A DNA stretch of 64,000 nt from Eubacterium sp. (GTDB lineage Bacteria > Bacillota > Clostridia > Lachnospirales > Lachnospiraceae): assembly GCF_047245525.1 (NCBI RefSeq), contig NZ_JBKTQL010000005.1, one strand, 5' to 3'. The notes under the pieces are model-generated. The model made no database searches. It was not told the DNA's origin and saw only the letters and a program-made list of their open reading frames with translations. A program made the position numbers and the translations under genes. Shown in pieces: positions 18,058-27,829 of the stretch. The stretch's first letter is position 1. The number at the start of each line of letters is the position of its first letter.

Positions 18058-20427
18058 ATGAACGAAAAAGTGCTTAAAACACTTGAATATAACAAAATAA
18101 TATCATTACTGGAAAACGAGGCAGGCTCCAATCTTGGTAAACAGCTTTGTCGCAATCTGGTGCCTTCCTGTGACCTTAATGAAATAAGAAATAATCAGTT
18201 GCAGACAGCCGACGCTCTTTCACTTATATGGAGCAAGGGCAGTGTATCTTTTTCAGGACTTCATAACATTGGCGAATCGCTGAAGAGACTGGAAATCGGC
18301 AGTACCCTTGGCATCGGAGAACTTTTATCCATAAGCTCACTTCTAAAGGTTGCCTTGAGGATTAAAACCTTCTCCAGACGTGAAGATTCGGAAGATAAAA
18401 ACAGCCTTGATGAACTCTTTGAGGCAATTGAACCCCTTACTAATCTAAATAAAGAAATTGAAAAATGTATCATTTCAGAAGATGAAATTGCTGACGATGC
18501 TTCATATAATTTAAAAAACATAAGACGACAGATGAAACTGACTAACGACAGAATTCATACACAGCTTAACTCTCTTGTTAACTCTGCCGGTGGTAGGACC
18601 TATCTTCAGGACGCCATTATCACAATGAGAGACGGCAGATATTGTGTTCCCGTAAAACAGGAATATAGAAGCAATGTTGGTGGTATTATCCACGATCAAT
18701 CCTCAACGGGTTCAACTTTATTTGTAGAACCTACAGCTGTTGTTGAACTTAATAACAAGCTCCGTGAGCTTTCTGTTAAAGAAGCTGATGAAATTCAAAT
18801 TATTCTGGCAAACCTCAGCGTAAGCTGTACAGAATATATGGAACAGTTAAAAACTGATTTAGAAATCCTTCCATATCTTGATTTCGTTTTTGCCAAGGCA
18901 AATCTTGCCAAAAAAATGAAAGCAACTATGCCTGAATTTAATAATCAACATCAAATAAACATAAAGAAAGGACGTCATCCCCTTTTGGATCCCCAAAAGG
19001 TTGTCCCAATTGACATAAATCTCGGAAAGGATTTTACCCTTCTTATAGTAACCGGTCCTAATACCGGTGGTAAAACAGTCTCACTGAAAACCGTTGGTCT
19101 TTTATCACTTATGGGTCAGGCAGGTCTTCACATTCCTGCATTTGAAGGGAGTATGCTTGGTGTTTTCAAAGAGATTTTTGCAGATATTGGCGATGAACAA
19201 AGTATCGAGCAAAGCCTCAGTACTTTTTCAGCACATATGGTAAATACAGTAAATATTTTAGAGAAGGCTGATTCCGACTCCCTTGTCCTCTTTGATGAAC
19301 TTGGTGCCGGAACAGACCCGGTGGAAGGCGCAGCTCTTGGCATTTCCATACTTTCATTTTTGAAAAATATTGGGGCAAGAACAATGGCTACGACCCATTA
19401 TAGTGAATTAAAATTGTTCGCTCTTTCAACTGAAGGTGTTCAAAATGCCAGCTGTGAATTTGATGTAGAAACACTCCGTCCAACTTACAGATTATTAATC
19501 GGAATTCCCGGCAAAAGTAACGCTTTTGCCATCTCAAAAAAACTGGGACTTCCCGATTACATTATAGGTGATGCAAAATCAAGAATTGATTCCGACAATG
19601 AACAGTTCGAAGATGTTCTTGCAGAACTCGAACAGAGCAGACGTCAGATTGACAAGGATAAAGAAACCATTGCCGTATATAAATCACAGATTGCTTCCCT
19701 TAAGAAAGATTATGAACATCGTACTAAGGTTTTAGAAGAAAAACGTGACAAAATTATCAATAAAGCCAAAGAAGAGGCTTTGGATATTCTTAAGGAAGCC
19801 AAAGAAACCGCTGATGAAACTATTAAAAATATTAATAAATACGGAAATTCCGGAAATACAAGAGAACTTGAAAAGTCAAGAAGTAACGTAGGTGCAAAGA
19901 TTAAAAAGAATCAGAAAATTTCTTCAATGAAAACTGCAATGCCTTCCAAAACATATAAGCCATCAGACTTTAAGCTTGGAACCGGTGTTAAGGTCCTGAC
20001 AATGAACCTTAACGGAACTGTTGCTTCCCTGCCTAATGCCCACGGTGATTTAACTGTCAAAATGGGAATTCTTAATTCCAAAGTAAACATTAAAGACTTG
20101 GAAATCATTGATGAACCTGATATTAAGGCACCGGGATTTTCACGGGGCAGCAGTGGCAAAATCAAAATGAACAAGTCAATGAATGTAAAAATGGAAATAA
20201 ATCTTATTGGAAAAACTGTTGATGAGGCATTATTTGCATTGGAAAAATACTTAGACGATGCCTATATTGCAAGACTTCCTCAGGTATATATAATTCACGG
20301 AAAAGGTACAGGTGCATTAAGAAATGCCATTCAAAATTATTTGAAAAGTTGCTCTTATGTCAAATCCTACAGAAACGGCGAACATGGTGAAGGTGGCGCC
20401 GGTGCAACAGTAGTTGAATTTAAATAA
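18058..20427 (+). CDS. mutS2: Endonuclease MutS2
   Basis: TGPNTGGKT, DIGDEQSIEQSLSTFS, DELGAGTDP; C-terminal Smr domain IIHGKGTG. Confidence 0.96.
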   Translation: MNEKVLKTLEYNKIISLLENEAGSNLGKQLCRNLVPSCDLNEIRNNQLQTADALSLIWSKGSVSFSGLHNIGESLKRLEIGSTLGIGELLSISSLLKVALRIKTFSRREDSEDKNSLDELFEAIEPLTNLNKEIEKCIISEDEIADDASYNLKNIRRQMKLTNDRIHTQLNSLVNSAGGRTYLQDAIITMRDGRYCVPVKQEYRSNVGGIIHDQSSTGSTLFVEPTAVVELNNKLRELSVKEADEIQIILANLSVSCTEYMEQLKTDLEILPYLDFVFAKANLAKKMKATMPEFNNQHQINIKKGRHPLLDPQKVVPIDINLGKDFTLLIVTGPNTGGKTVSLKTVGLLSLMGQAGLHIPAFEGSMLGVFKEIFADIGDEQSIEQSLSTFSAHMVNTVNILEKADSDSLVLFDELGAGTDPVEGAALGISILSFLKNIGARTMATTHYSELKLFALSTEGVQNASCEFDVETLRPTYRLLIGIPGKSNAFAISKKLGLPDYIIGDAKSRIDSDNEQFEDVLAELEQSRRQIDKDKETIAVYKSQIASLKKDYEHRTKVLEEKRDKIINKAKEEALDILKEAKETADETIKNINKYGNSGNTRELEKSRSNVGAKIKKNQKISSMKTAMPSKTYKPSDFKLGTGVKVLTMNLNGTVASLPNAHGDLTVKMGILNSKVNIKDLEIIDEPDIKAPGFSRGSSGKIKMNKSMNVKMEINLIGKTVDEALFALEKYLDDAYIARLPQVYIIHGKGTGALRNAIQNYLKSCSYVKSYRNGEHGEGGAGATVVEFK

Positions 20428-20503
20428 AAAGTTTTACATTTGTTTTTAATGTTTTAACATTGTAACTTTATTATATAATCATATTATTATGGAGGAAAAG
20501 ATT

Positions 20504-21211
20504 ATGGCTAATAAACAAAAAATATTAATTGTGGATGATGACGAAAATATTGCAAACCTTATTTCACTTTATCTTACAAAAGAATGTTTTGAAACAAGAA
20601 TTGAACATGACGGACAGGCTGCTTTAGCTGCATTCAAGGAATACAATCCTAACCTTGTACTTCTTGATATAATGCTTCCTATTATGGATGGATATCAGGT
20701 ATGCCGTGAAATCAGAAACATTTCAAAAACACCTATTATAATGCTTTCAGCAAAAACAGAAGTTTTTGATAAAGTTTTAGGCCTTGAGCTTGGGGCAGAC
20801 GATTACATGATTAAACCTTTTGACTCAAAGGAACTTGTAGCAAGAGTAAAAGCTGTTTTAAGAAGATACAACGAACCGGCTCCTGCGGCGGTTGCGGCAC
20901 CTACTGAAAAGCGTGTTGAATATAAGGATTTAATAATCAACCTTTCAAACTATGAAGTTATTTACAAGGGAAAACCTGTTGAAATGACTCCGCGTGAAAT
21001 TGAATTGTTATACTTCCTTGCCTCATCACCTAATCAGGTATTTACAAGAGAGCAGCTTTTAGATCATATCTGGGGCTATGAATATGTAGGTGATACAAGA
21101 ACTGTAGACGTTCACATCAAAAGAATAAGAGAAAAGATTGCCGACACCGATGAATGGTCCATCGGAACAGTTTGGAGCGTCGGCTATAGATTCGAGGTTC
21201 ATAATAAATAA
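20504..21211 (+). CDS. OmpR-family response regulator
   Basis: ILIVDDD, LLDIMLP, GADDY..KPF, RTVDVHI. Confidence 0.95.
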   Translation: MANKQKILIVDDDENIANLISLYLTKECFETRIEHDGQAALAAFKEYNPNLVLLDIMLPIMDGYQVCREIRNISKTPIIMLSAKTEVFDKVLGLELGADDYMIKPFDSKELVARVKAVLRRYNEPAPAAVAAPTEKRVEYKDLIINLSNYEVIYKGKPVEMTPREIELLYFLASSPNQVFTREQLLDHIWGYEYVGDTRTVDVHIKRIREKIADTDEWSIGTVWSVGYRFEVHNK

Positions 21212-22632
21212 TGAAGAATTCAATTTTAACTAAATTTTTTATAGGATATTTTTCCTTTGCGGTTTTTGGATTTATGATTATAACTTATTGGTCAACTAAT
21301 TTGATTTATAACCATTTATTAAAGGAAAATGTAGAAGAATTAAGTGCTTACAGTCAGATTATTGCCGATGACATTAGCAATGCAATGAATAATTCCGGCG
21401 ATGAGATTCTTGATAACTGCAGTTTCTTTCAAAATTTCAAACCTCTCAAGAATTATAATGTTACTATTCTTGACAGCAACAAAAAAATTGTCTACGCCAC
21501 TGATAAATCCGGTAATCTTAACAATACTACGCCGACTGTTGTTAATGATTTTAACCCTTCAGTATACAGCCACGATAAACATCAGATAAACAATTTTTAT
21601 AATATTTATAAGACAAAAATAATAAGCGTTATGAATCCTATTAGCAATTCAGACACCACCTATGGCTATGTCGTCACGCATATGCCACGGTACGTTGTTA
21701 AGGAAAGCAGTTATGACATTACATTTATAATCTATGTGACCTACATAATTATCCTCGCTTTGTCCTTAATTATTTTCTTTAACTTTATGTGGTTTATTTA
21801 TCTGCCACTTAAACAGATTCGACTGGCAGCTATGGAATATGCTAAAGGTAATTTCGAATACGACGGACTTAAAGTAAATAACGATGATGAGATTGGCGAT
21901 GTTGCCAGCTCCCTTAAATACATGTCAAAGCAGTTAAATAACTCGAGAAAATATCAGAAAAATTTTATTTCTAATATTTCTCATGACTTTAGATCTCCAC
22001 TTACTTCCATTAAGGGATATCTTGAAGCCATGATTGACGGTACTATTCCACCTGAAGATCATAGTAAATATTTGTCTATTGTGCTTTCTGAAGCTAACCG
22101 ATTGGAAAAATTAACAAGTGGTCTTAGAGAACTTAACAGCTGGAACAGCACAGGACCCGAACTGCTTTTTGAAGAATTTAACATGGAAAATGTTATCGCT
22201 TCCACTGTGGAAACATTCCAGGGGAGTTGTGAAAAGAAGCATATTGAACTTATCATTCAGTTTCCTCAAAAGCATTACAATGTATGTGCTGACAAGGGAA
22301 AAATTGAGCAGGTTTTATATAACCTGTTGGATAATGCCATTAAGTTCAGCAACATGAACTCAAAAATCATTATTAAACTATATAATAAGGGCGATAAAGT
22401 CTACTGTTCAGTTAAAGATTTTGGAATGGGCATTCCAAGCACTAGTCTGGACAAAATCTGGCAGAGATTTTACAAAACTGACCTTTCCCGGGGGCGTGAC
22501 AAAACAGGTTCCGGAATCGGTTTATCAATTGTAAAGGAGATAATCCTTGCCCACAACGAAACTATTGACGTTATCAGCACAGAGGGCGTCGGAACAGAAT
22601 TCGTCTTCTCAATCAAAAAAGCGAAAAGCTAA
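21211..22632 (+). CDS. HAMP-domain sensor histidine kinase
   Basis: Two TM segments, SHDFRSPLT H-box, NLLDNAIK, D.G.GI, GSGIGL. Confidence 0.95.
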   Translation: MKNSILTKFFIGYFSFAVFGFMIITYWSTNLIYNHLLKENVEELSAYSQIIADDISNAMNNSGDEILDNCSFFQNFKPLKNYNVTILDSNKKIVYATDKSGNLNNTTPTVVNDFNPSVYSHDKHQINNFYNIYKTKIISVMNPISNSDTTYGYVVTHMPRYVVKESSYDITFIIYVTYIIILALSLIIFFNFMWFIYLPLKQIRLAAMEYAKGNFEYDGLKVNNDDEIGDVASSLKYMSKQLNNSRKYQKNFISNISHDFRSPLTSIKGYLEAMIDGTIPPEDHSKYLSIVLSEANRLEKLTSGLRELNSWNSTGPELLFEEFNMENVIASTVETFQGSCEKKHIELIIQFPQKHYNVCADKGKIEQVLYNLLDNAIKFSNMNSKIIIKLYNKGDKVYCSVKDFGMGIPSTSLDKIWQRFYKTDLSRGRDKTGSGIGLSIVKEIILAHNETIDVISTEGVGTEFVFSIKKAKS

Positions 22633-22875
22633 AATAGTAGTGAAATATAAAACCCCCGGGGAAATAAATGAAAAGGGTGCGTGTAAAATAAGTCATATTT
22701 CTATCTTTGCTCCGCCACATATTAACAATTGCTCCCGCAAACTCAGCCACTAACGTGGCTTCAGACAGTGCTCCGCAATTGTAGCTATGCTCGCAAAGAC
22801 TACGAAATATATCCAATTATTTTACACGCACCCTTTTTATCTGTTTACCCGGGTTTTATAATTCATCACTATTTT
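22631..22875. repeat. Long imperfect palindromic element, copy 1
   Basis: ~60-bp arms (...AAAAGGGTGCGTGTAAAATAA / TTATTTTACACGCACCCTTTT...) around a core homologous to the reverse complement of 25847-25962. Confidence 0.85.
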
Positions 22876-22883
22876 TCTTCGTT

Positions 22884-23693
22884 TCATGAGGCCTGTTGAA
22901 TTATGTCCTGACTTAACTTTGCTAAAAATTCTGAGTTAGTTGGCCGCTGTTTTCCCATACTTACAAGATATGAAAATTCTTTTTTAAACTGACTCTCCCT
23001 ATCAATAGTCCATGCCACCTCAATAGCGTGACGTATTGCCTTTTCTACGCGTTGTGGAGTAGAATTATGTATTTTTGCCACATCCGGGTAAAGAATTTTT
23101 GTGACTGCATCCAACGCACCATCATTTCCAATTACCTCTTTTACCGCTGTAATCATATACCTATAGCCTTTAAGTTTTGCCGGTATGCCAATTTCATTTA
23201 ATCTTCCGGAAATTACAGAATCAATTTTTTCAGTTGTTTTCTCCGGACTTTGATTCATTGATTTAATAATTTCAGTTTTGTTTGTATTCTGCTGCCTCTC
23301 CTTAGATATCTCATTCATCCTATAATATATTTTTTTAATTTTTTCTACAACAATATTGGCATCATAAGGCTTTTTTAATAAATAATCCACACCTCTTAAA
23401 AATGCCTCATTGGCAAGAGTATCATTAGTTACTGACATTGTCATAATAAATTTTTCATTTTGCTTCTTTCCATATTCATTCATCTTGTCCAATAGCGTAT
23501 ACCCATCATATACAGAAAGCAATAAATCAAAAATAATAACATCCGGCTTCTCTAACCTGAACATATCATATGCTTCCTTACCATTATCCGTAGCACCTAT
23601 TAAAATAATGTTTTCATCTTCCCTTAATTTTTCTGCTACCGCCTGTTTGACCATCTCCTGGCTATCCGCCAATAATACTTTCAATTTTTTCAT
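22884..23693 (-). CDS. Spo0A-like response regulator (receiver + Spo0A C-terminal domain)
   Basis: GIPAKLKGYRY, VTKILYPDVAK, TPQRVEKAIRHAIEVAW, PTNSEFL; divergent receiver domain. Confidence 0.85.
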   Translation of the reverse strand: MKKLKVLLADSQEMVKQAVAEKLREDENIILIGATDNGKEAYDMFRLEKPDVIIFDLLLSVYDGYTLLDKMNEYGKKQNEKFIMTMSVTNDTLANEAFLRGVDYLLKKPYDANIVVEKIKKIYYRMNEISKERQQNTNKTEIIKSMNQSPEKTTEKIDSVISGRLNEIGIPAKLKGYRYMITAVKEVIGNDGALDAVTKILYPDVAKIHNSTPQRVEKAIRHAIEVAWTIDRESQFKKEFSYLVSMGKQRPTNSEFLAKLSQDIIQQAS

Positions 23694-23886
23694 ATTTTTT
23701 AGTCTTCCCCCCCAATACACAAGGTTCTATGTTAATAATCTTCACATCTACCTTAAAAATATTGCATTTCTTACAATGCCCTAATATAATATCCTTATTC
23801 TTCAAACATTAAAAGGTATTTTTCGGCACTAATTATTGTCGGTTTAAGTAAATTTATGGTATTTATATACCTAGGGGAGGGATAAT

Positions 23887-24621
23887 ATGGAAAAAGTAGT
23901 CGATGACCGGGAAAGCGAAATCCTTTATAACAAAGAGAAATGGATTGGTACTATTAATAGTCTGATGGAACGAAATGGATGGGGGATTAAAGACTTGTCA
24001 GAAAAATCAGGCATCCCTTATGACTCCATTAAGAAACTTATGTCCGGGAAAATTAATAATCCAACCTGTTATACTTTGTTTAAAATAAGTCAGTCATTGG
24101 GGTGTAGCCTCGATTATCTTATTGATAGGGATTCTATTTATGGAATTGCCGTACCTAAACTTCCAAACAGGGCTTTTTCCCTAATAAAAGAAATAGCTAA
24201 CTTTGAAATATATTTACAGGAACAGAGTCATCTTTCAGGGACTGATTTTGCTCCTATTTTAATTCCCTGTGGGGAAATGTATGATGGCATGATTTATAAC
24301 AGTATTTCCATTGAATCCATTGACATTTCTGCATACGACCACTCACTTAGAGATATTATAATGTGTGGAATAAAAATAATTGGAGATAAATTATCTCCTA
24401 CATATGTTGATGGCGATATCCTACTTATTGCCAAAGACCGTTTTCCGGTAAATAATGAAATTGGGATTTTTCTAATAGGACACAATATGTACATTAGAAA
24501 GTATGTTATGGGAGATTCTATCACACTGAAATCTTTTGACTATCAAACCGAACCTATTATTATAAATGACATTGGTGATATTCATTTTTTTGGAAGAATT
24601 GTAACCGTTATTAGGAAATAA
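23887..24621 (+). CDS. XRE-family HTH regulator with S24-like C-terminal domain
   Basis: DLSEKSGIP...KKLMSG...NP...L.CSLDYL; C-terminal GDKLSPTYVDGDILL...FGRIV. Confidence 0.8.
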   Translation: MEKVVDDRESEILYNKEKWIGTINSLMERNGWGIKDLSEKSGIPYDSIKKLMSGKINNPTCYTLFKISQSLGCSLDYLIDRDSIYGIAVPKLPNRAFSLIKEIANFEIYLQEQSHLSGTDFAPILIPCGEMYDGMIYNSISIESIDISAYDHSLRDIIMCGIKIIGDKLSPTYVDGDILLIAKDRFPVNNEIGIFLIGHNMYIRKYVMGDSITLKSFDYQTEPIIINDIGDIHFFGRIVTVIRK

Positions 24622-24718
24622 ATATATAAATTACTAAATTTGTTAAATATAATAATGTTGCAATATGTCAGCAATTGTATTATTATAAACCTATAAAAAC
24701 TTAAAGGAGGCTTACATA

Positions 24719-24892
24719 ATGGCTTACAAAATTAACGATGGATGCATCGGTTGTGGTGCATGTGCAGGCGCTTGTCCAGTTGGCGCTATTTCAGAAGGTG
24801 ACGGAGTATTCGTTATTGATGAATCAGCATGTATCGAATGTGGAGCTTGTACAGGTGCTTGCCCAACAGGTTCAATAGAATTAGATGCTTAA
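24719..24892 (+). CDS. 2[4Fe-4S] clostridial-type ferredoxin (57 aa)
   Basis: MAYKINDGCIGCGACAGACPVGAISEGDGVFVIDESACIECGACTGACPTGSIELDA; AAAGGAGG RBS; below the ORF-track size limit. Confidence 0.95.
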   Translation: MAYKINDGCIGCGACAGACPVGAISEGDGVFVIDESACIECGACTGACPTGSIELDA

Positions 24893-24905
24893 TATTTGAA
24901 TTAGC

Positions 24906-24940
24906 AATAAAAACCGCCATATAATATGACGGTTTTTATT
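24906..24940. terminator. Bidirectional intrinsic terminator
   Basis: AATAAAAACCGCCAT...ATGACGGTTTTTATT between convergent genes. Confidence 0.8.
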
Positions 24941-24943
24941 TTT

Positions 24944-25627
24944 CTAATTTGTTACAGGCTTTTTACCAATATGTATATCCGGTTTCTTTTTCTCTTCTTT
25001 ATTTTTCTTTAACTCTTTAGCATTTTTAACTTCCTGCTTTTTGCTTTTCTTCAAAAGCATCTTCTCTGCCTTAAGCTTCTTTCTTTTTTCCCTTCTGCTC
25101 ATATGCTGCTTCGTCCTCATTGCCTCGTCCAATTTCTTGTAGCGTTCCTCTTCTCTCTCATCCTGCATACGCATAAGATAATTCATTTCCTTTAATACCG
25201 TTTCACTAACATTTCCACTAACTTCTTTTCCAAGGTTAGCTGTTGAAGACTTTAATGCTTTTGAAACTACCTTATCCATTATTGCCTGAAACTGTTCCAT
25301 TTTTGTATTTTGAGTGCTTTCAATGCTCTGACCTATGGTCGGGGTTCCTACCGCAGTGGCAGTAAGTGGCATAACTCCCCGTTGTGTTTTTTTGCTTCTA
25401 TCATCTGGGTCTGTCAACATCATTTTTATTGTTCTAAGACTATATCCCTGTTCTTTTAAATCCCTTACGTTTTTTAACAAATTAATGTGATTATCCGTAT
25501 AATATCTATGCCCCATTTCATTTCTTGGAATCACCACATTCAGTTCTTCCTCCCAATACCTTAACACATGGGACTCGACTCCCAGCATTTTCGATGCGTC
25601 AGAAATAATATATCTTTTTTCCCCCAT
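24944..25627 (-). CDS. MerR-type HTH domain protein with Lys-rich tail
   Basis: Y.ISDASK.LGVE.HVLRYWE...PRNEMGHRYY. Confidence 0.8.
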   Translation of the reverse strand: MGEKRYIISDASKMLGVESHVLRYWEEELNVVIPRNEMGHRYYTDNHINLLKNVRDLKEQGYSLRTIKMMLTDPDDRSKKTQRGVMPLTATAVGTPTIGQSIESTQNTKMEQFQAIMDKVVSKALKSSTANLGKEVSGNVSETVLKEMNYLMRMQDEREEERYKKLDEAMRTKQHMSRREKRKKLKAEKMLLKKSKKQEVKNAKELKKNKEEKKKPDIHIGKKPVTN

Positions 25628-25744
25628 TGCAACCTCCTAAATCATACTCATTAACGTGATAAAAAAATTATAAATCCATTATATTCAATCTTCAATATTT
25701 CTATCACCGAATTTTTTGTAACCTTTTGCGATAATGTCGAAGAA

Positions 25745-26059
25745 TTACAAAATTTGAGAGTGCCTGACAGCCCCGGGGCCGGATTTAGGATTTTACAAAA
25801 ATAGCATAAAAAAAACAGCAGGCGTTAATTAGAAGAAACATTGGAAGTATTTCGTTATTTTTGCGAGCATAGTTGCAATTGCGTGAGCACTGTCTGAAAC
25901 CGCGAAGCGGTTGAGTTTGCTGAAGCAATTGCTAATAGGCGGCACAGCAAAAATAGAAATACGACACGTTTCTGATAATAACGCCTGCTGTTTTTTATGC
26001 TATTTTTGTAAGATCCTAAATCCGGTCCCCGGGCTGTTCAGCATCCTCAAATTTTGTAA
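25745..26059. repeat. Long imperfect palindromic element, copy 2, overlapping the dnaB 3' end
   Basis: ~85-bp arms from TTACAAAATTTGAG (25745) to CTCAAATTTTGTAA (26059); core shared with copy 1. Confidence 0.88.
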
Positions 26060-27359
26060 ACTGTGGAAGCCAAACAAGTTCAACTTCTCCTACCGGACCG
26101 TTTCTCTGTTTAGCCACATTAAGGATAATTCTGTTTCTATCTTCTTCTTTTTTCTCTTTATCATAATATCGGGACATAAGCATTACAACGTCGGCATCCT
26201 GCTCGATTGAGCCGGATTCACGAAGGTCAGCCATAATTGGCTTTCTGTCTTCTCTTGTTTCTGACGCACGGTTAAGCTGTGACAATGCAATAACCGGGAC
26301 ATTTAACTCTCTGGCAATTCCTTTTAAAGTTCTTGAAATTTCTGCAATTTCCTGTTCACGGCTTCCGTGAGGTGTATTTGTAGTCATCAACTGAAGGTAA
26401 TCCACTATAACCAGCTGAATGTCATGTTCCAGCTTAAATTTTCTACATTTTGAGCGCATATCACCAATGCTGATACCCGGCGTGTCATCGATAATAATAT
26501 TTGAATTACCGATTATATTGGCTGATTCTACAATGTTAGCCCATTCGTTGTCTGTTAAATCACCGATACGGATTTTTTGTGAGCTAACCATTGAATTCTG
26601 TGACAAAATACGGTTAACCAACTGTTCACTTGACATTTCCAAGCTGAATATTGCAACAGGTATATTGTGTTTTACTGCAATTGTTTCCGTTAGGTTAAGT
26701 ACGAATGCTGTCTTACCTACGGAAGGTCTTGCGGCAATCAGTATAAGGTCTGATGGTTGCAGTCCTGACAACTGGGTATCCAGCTTTCTAAATCCTGTTT
26801 CCAAACCTGTAATTGTTCCCTTAGTCTGGGCAGCCTGTTCAATTTTGTCAAATACATTAAGAACTATCTGTCTTACGGATTTAAATTCTCCTGTATCACC
26901 ACTCTGTAAAAGACTGAAAATATCTTTTTCAGTTTCCTCTAATATTGCCGGCAAAGGCTTGTTTCCGGCATAACATGTATTGGCAATATTTTCATTTGCC
27001 CTGATTAGTTTTCGCATAACAGATTTATCATAAACAATCCCTGCATACTGTTTAATATTGGCTGATGTAGGAACCATCTCCAATATATTTCTTATAAAGT
27101 CAATGCTGATAACTTCTGATGGAACCTCCATCTCCTCTAACTTTGTCTTTATAGTTACAAGGTCGCACTCTCTGCCTTCATTATAAAGTTGTACCATTGC
27201 CTTAAATAACGAACCATATTGTTTATTATAAAAATCTCCGTCCGTCAGTTTTTCCATAGCAACAGGTATGGCATCCACATCCATGATCATGGAACCAATT
27301 ACTGCCTGCTCCGCCTCATTGCTATGAGGCATTATTCTCTTTACAACTGCCTCTTCCAT
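26016..27359 (-). CDS. dnaB: Replicative DNA helicase
   Basis: AARPSVGKT, FSLEM, DYLQL, LSQLNR, DLRESGSIEQDAD, KQRNGP. Confidence 0.97.
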   Translation of the reverse strand: MEEAVVKRIMPHSNEAEQAVIGSMIMDVDAIPVAMEKLTDGDFYNKQYGSLFKAMVQLYNEGRECDLVTIKTKLEEMEVPSEVISIDFIRNILEMVPTSANIKQYAGIVYDKSVMRKLIRANENIANTCYAGNKPLPAILEETEKDIFSLLQSGDTGEFKSVRQIVLNVFDKIEQAAQTKGTITGLETGFRKLDTQLSGLQPSDLILIAARPSVGKTAFVLNLTETIAVKHNIPVAIFSLEMSSEQLVNRILSQNSMVSSQKIRIGDLTDNEWANIVESANIIGNSNIIIDDTPGISIGDMRSKCRKFKLEHDIQLVIVDYLQLMTTNTPHGSREQEIAEISRTLKGIARELNVPVIALSQLNRASETREDRKPIMADLRESGSIEQDADVVMLMSRYYDKEKKEEDRNRIILNVAKQRNGPVGEVELVWLPQFTKFEDAEQPGDRI

Positions 27360-27382
27360 AACTTCACTCTCTATCTAAATGT

Positions 27383-27829
27383 TTATTTTGCTTCTACTTT
27401 AACTGCTAAAGTTGCTGTTACGTCCTTGTGTAACTTAATGTGTACGTTGTATGTTCCTAATGACTTAATTGCATCAGGAATAACAATCTTTTTCTTGTCA
27501 ATTTCCAATCCTAACTGTTTTCTTGCTTCAAGGGCAATTTCCTTGCTGGAAATTGAGCCAAATACTTTGCCTTCAACTCCTGCCTGAATTTTTACGGTAA
27601 CAGACTTATCTTCAAGGTCTTTTGCCAATTTCTGAGCTGCTTCTAACTTTTCCTTAGCGACCTTTTCTGCGTTTCTGTTTTGGAGTTTTAAGTCATTTAA
27701 ATTCTTGCCTGTAGCTTCTAATCCTAAATTCTTCTTCAATATAAAGTTTCTGGCATATCCATCATTTACATTTACAATTTCTCCCTTTTTTCCGAGAGTC
27801 TTAACATCCTGTAATAAAATAACCTTCAT
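27383..27829 (-). CDS. rplI: 50S ribosomal protein L9
   Basis: [15 protein letters not shown]...V.DGYARNF; gdpP-rplI-dnaB synteny. Confidence 0.97.
   Translation of the reverse strand: MKVILLQDVKTLGKKGEIVNVNDGYARNFILKKNLGLEATGKNLNDLKLQNRNAEKVAKEKLEAAQKLAKDLEDKSVTVKIQAGVEGKVFGSISSKEIALEARKQLGLEIDKKKIVIPDAIKSLGTYNVHIKLHKDVTATLAVKVEAK

Noticed and set aside
24630..24660. Rex operator upstream of ferredoxin
   Set aside because: Only one half-site (TTGTTAA) matches, in very AT-rich DNA.
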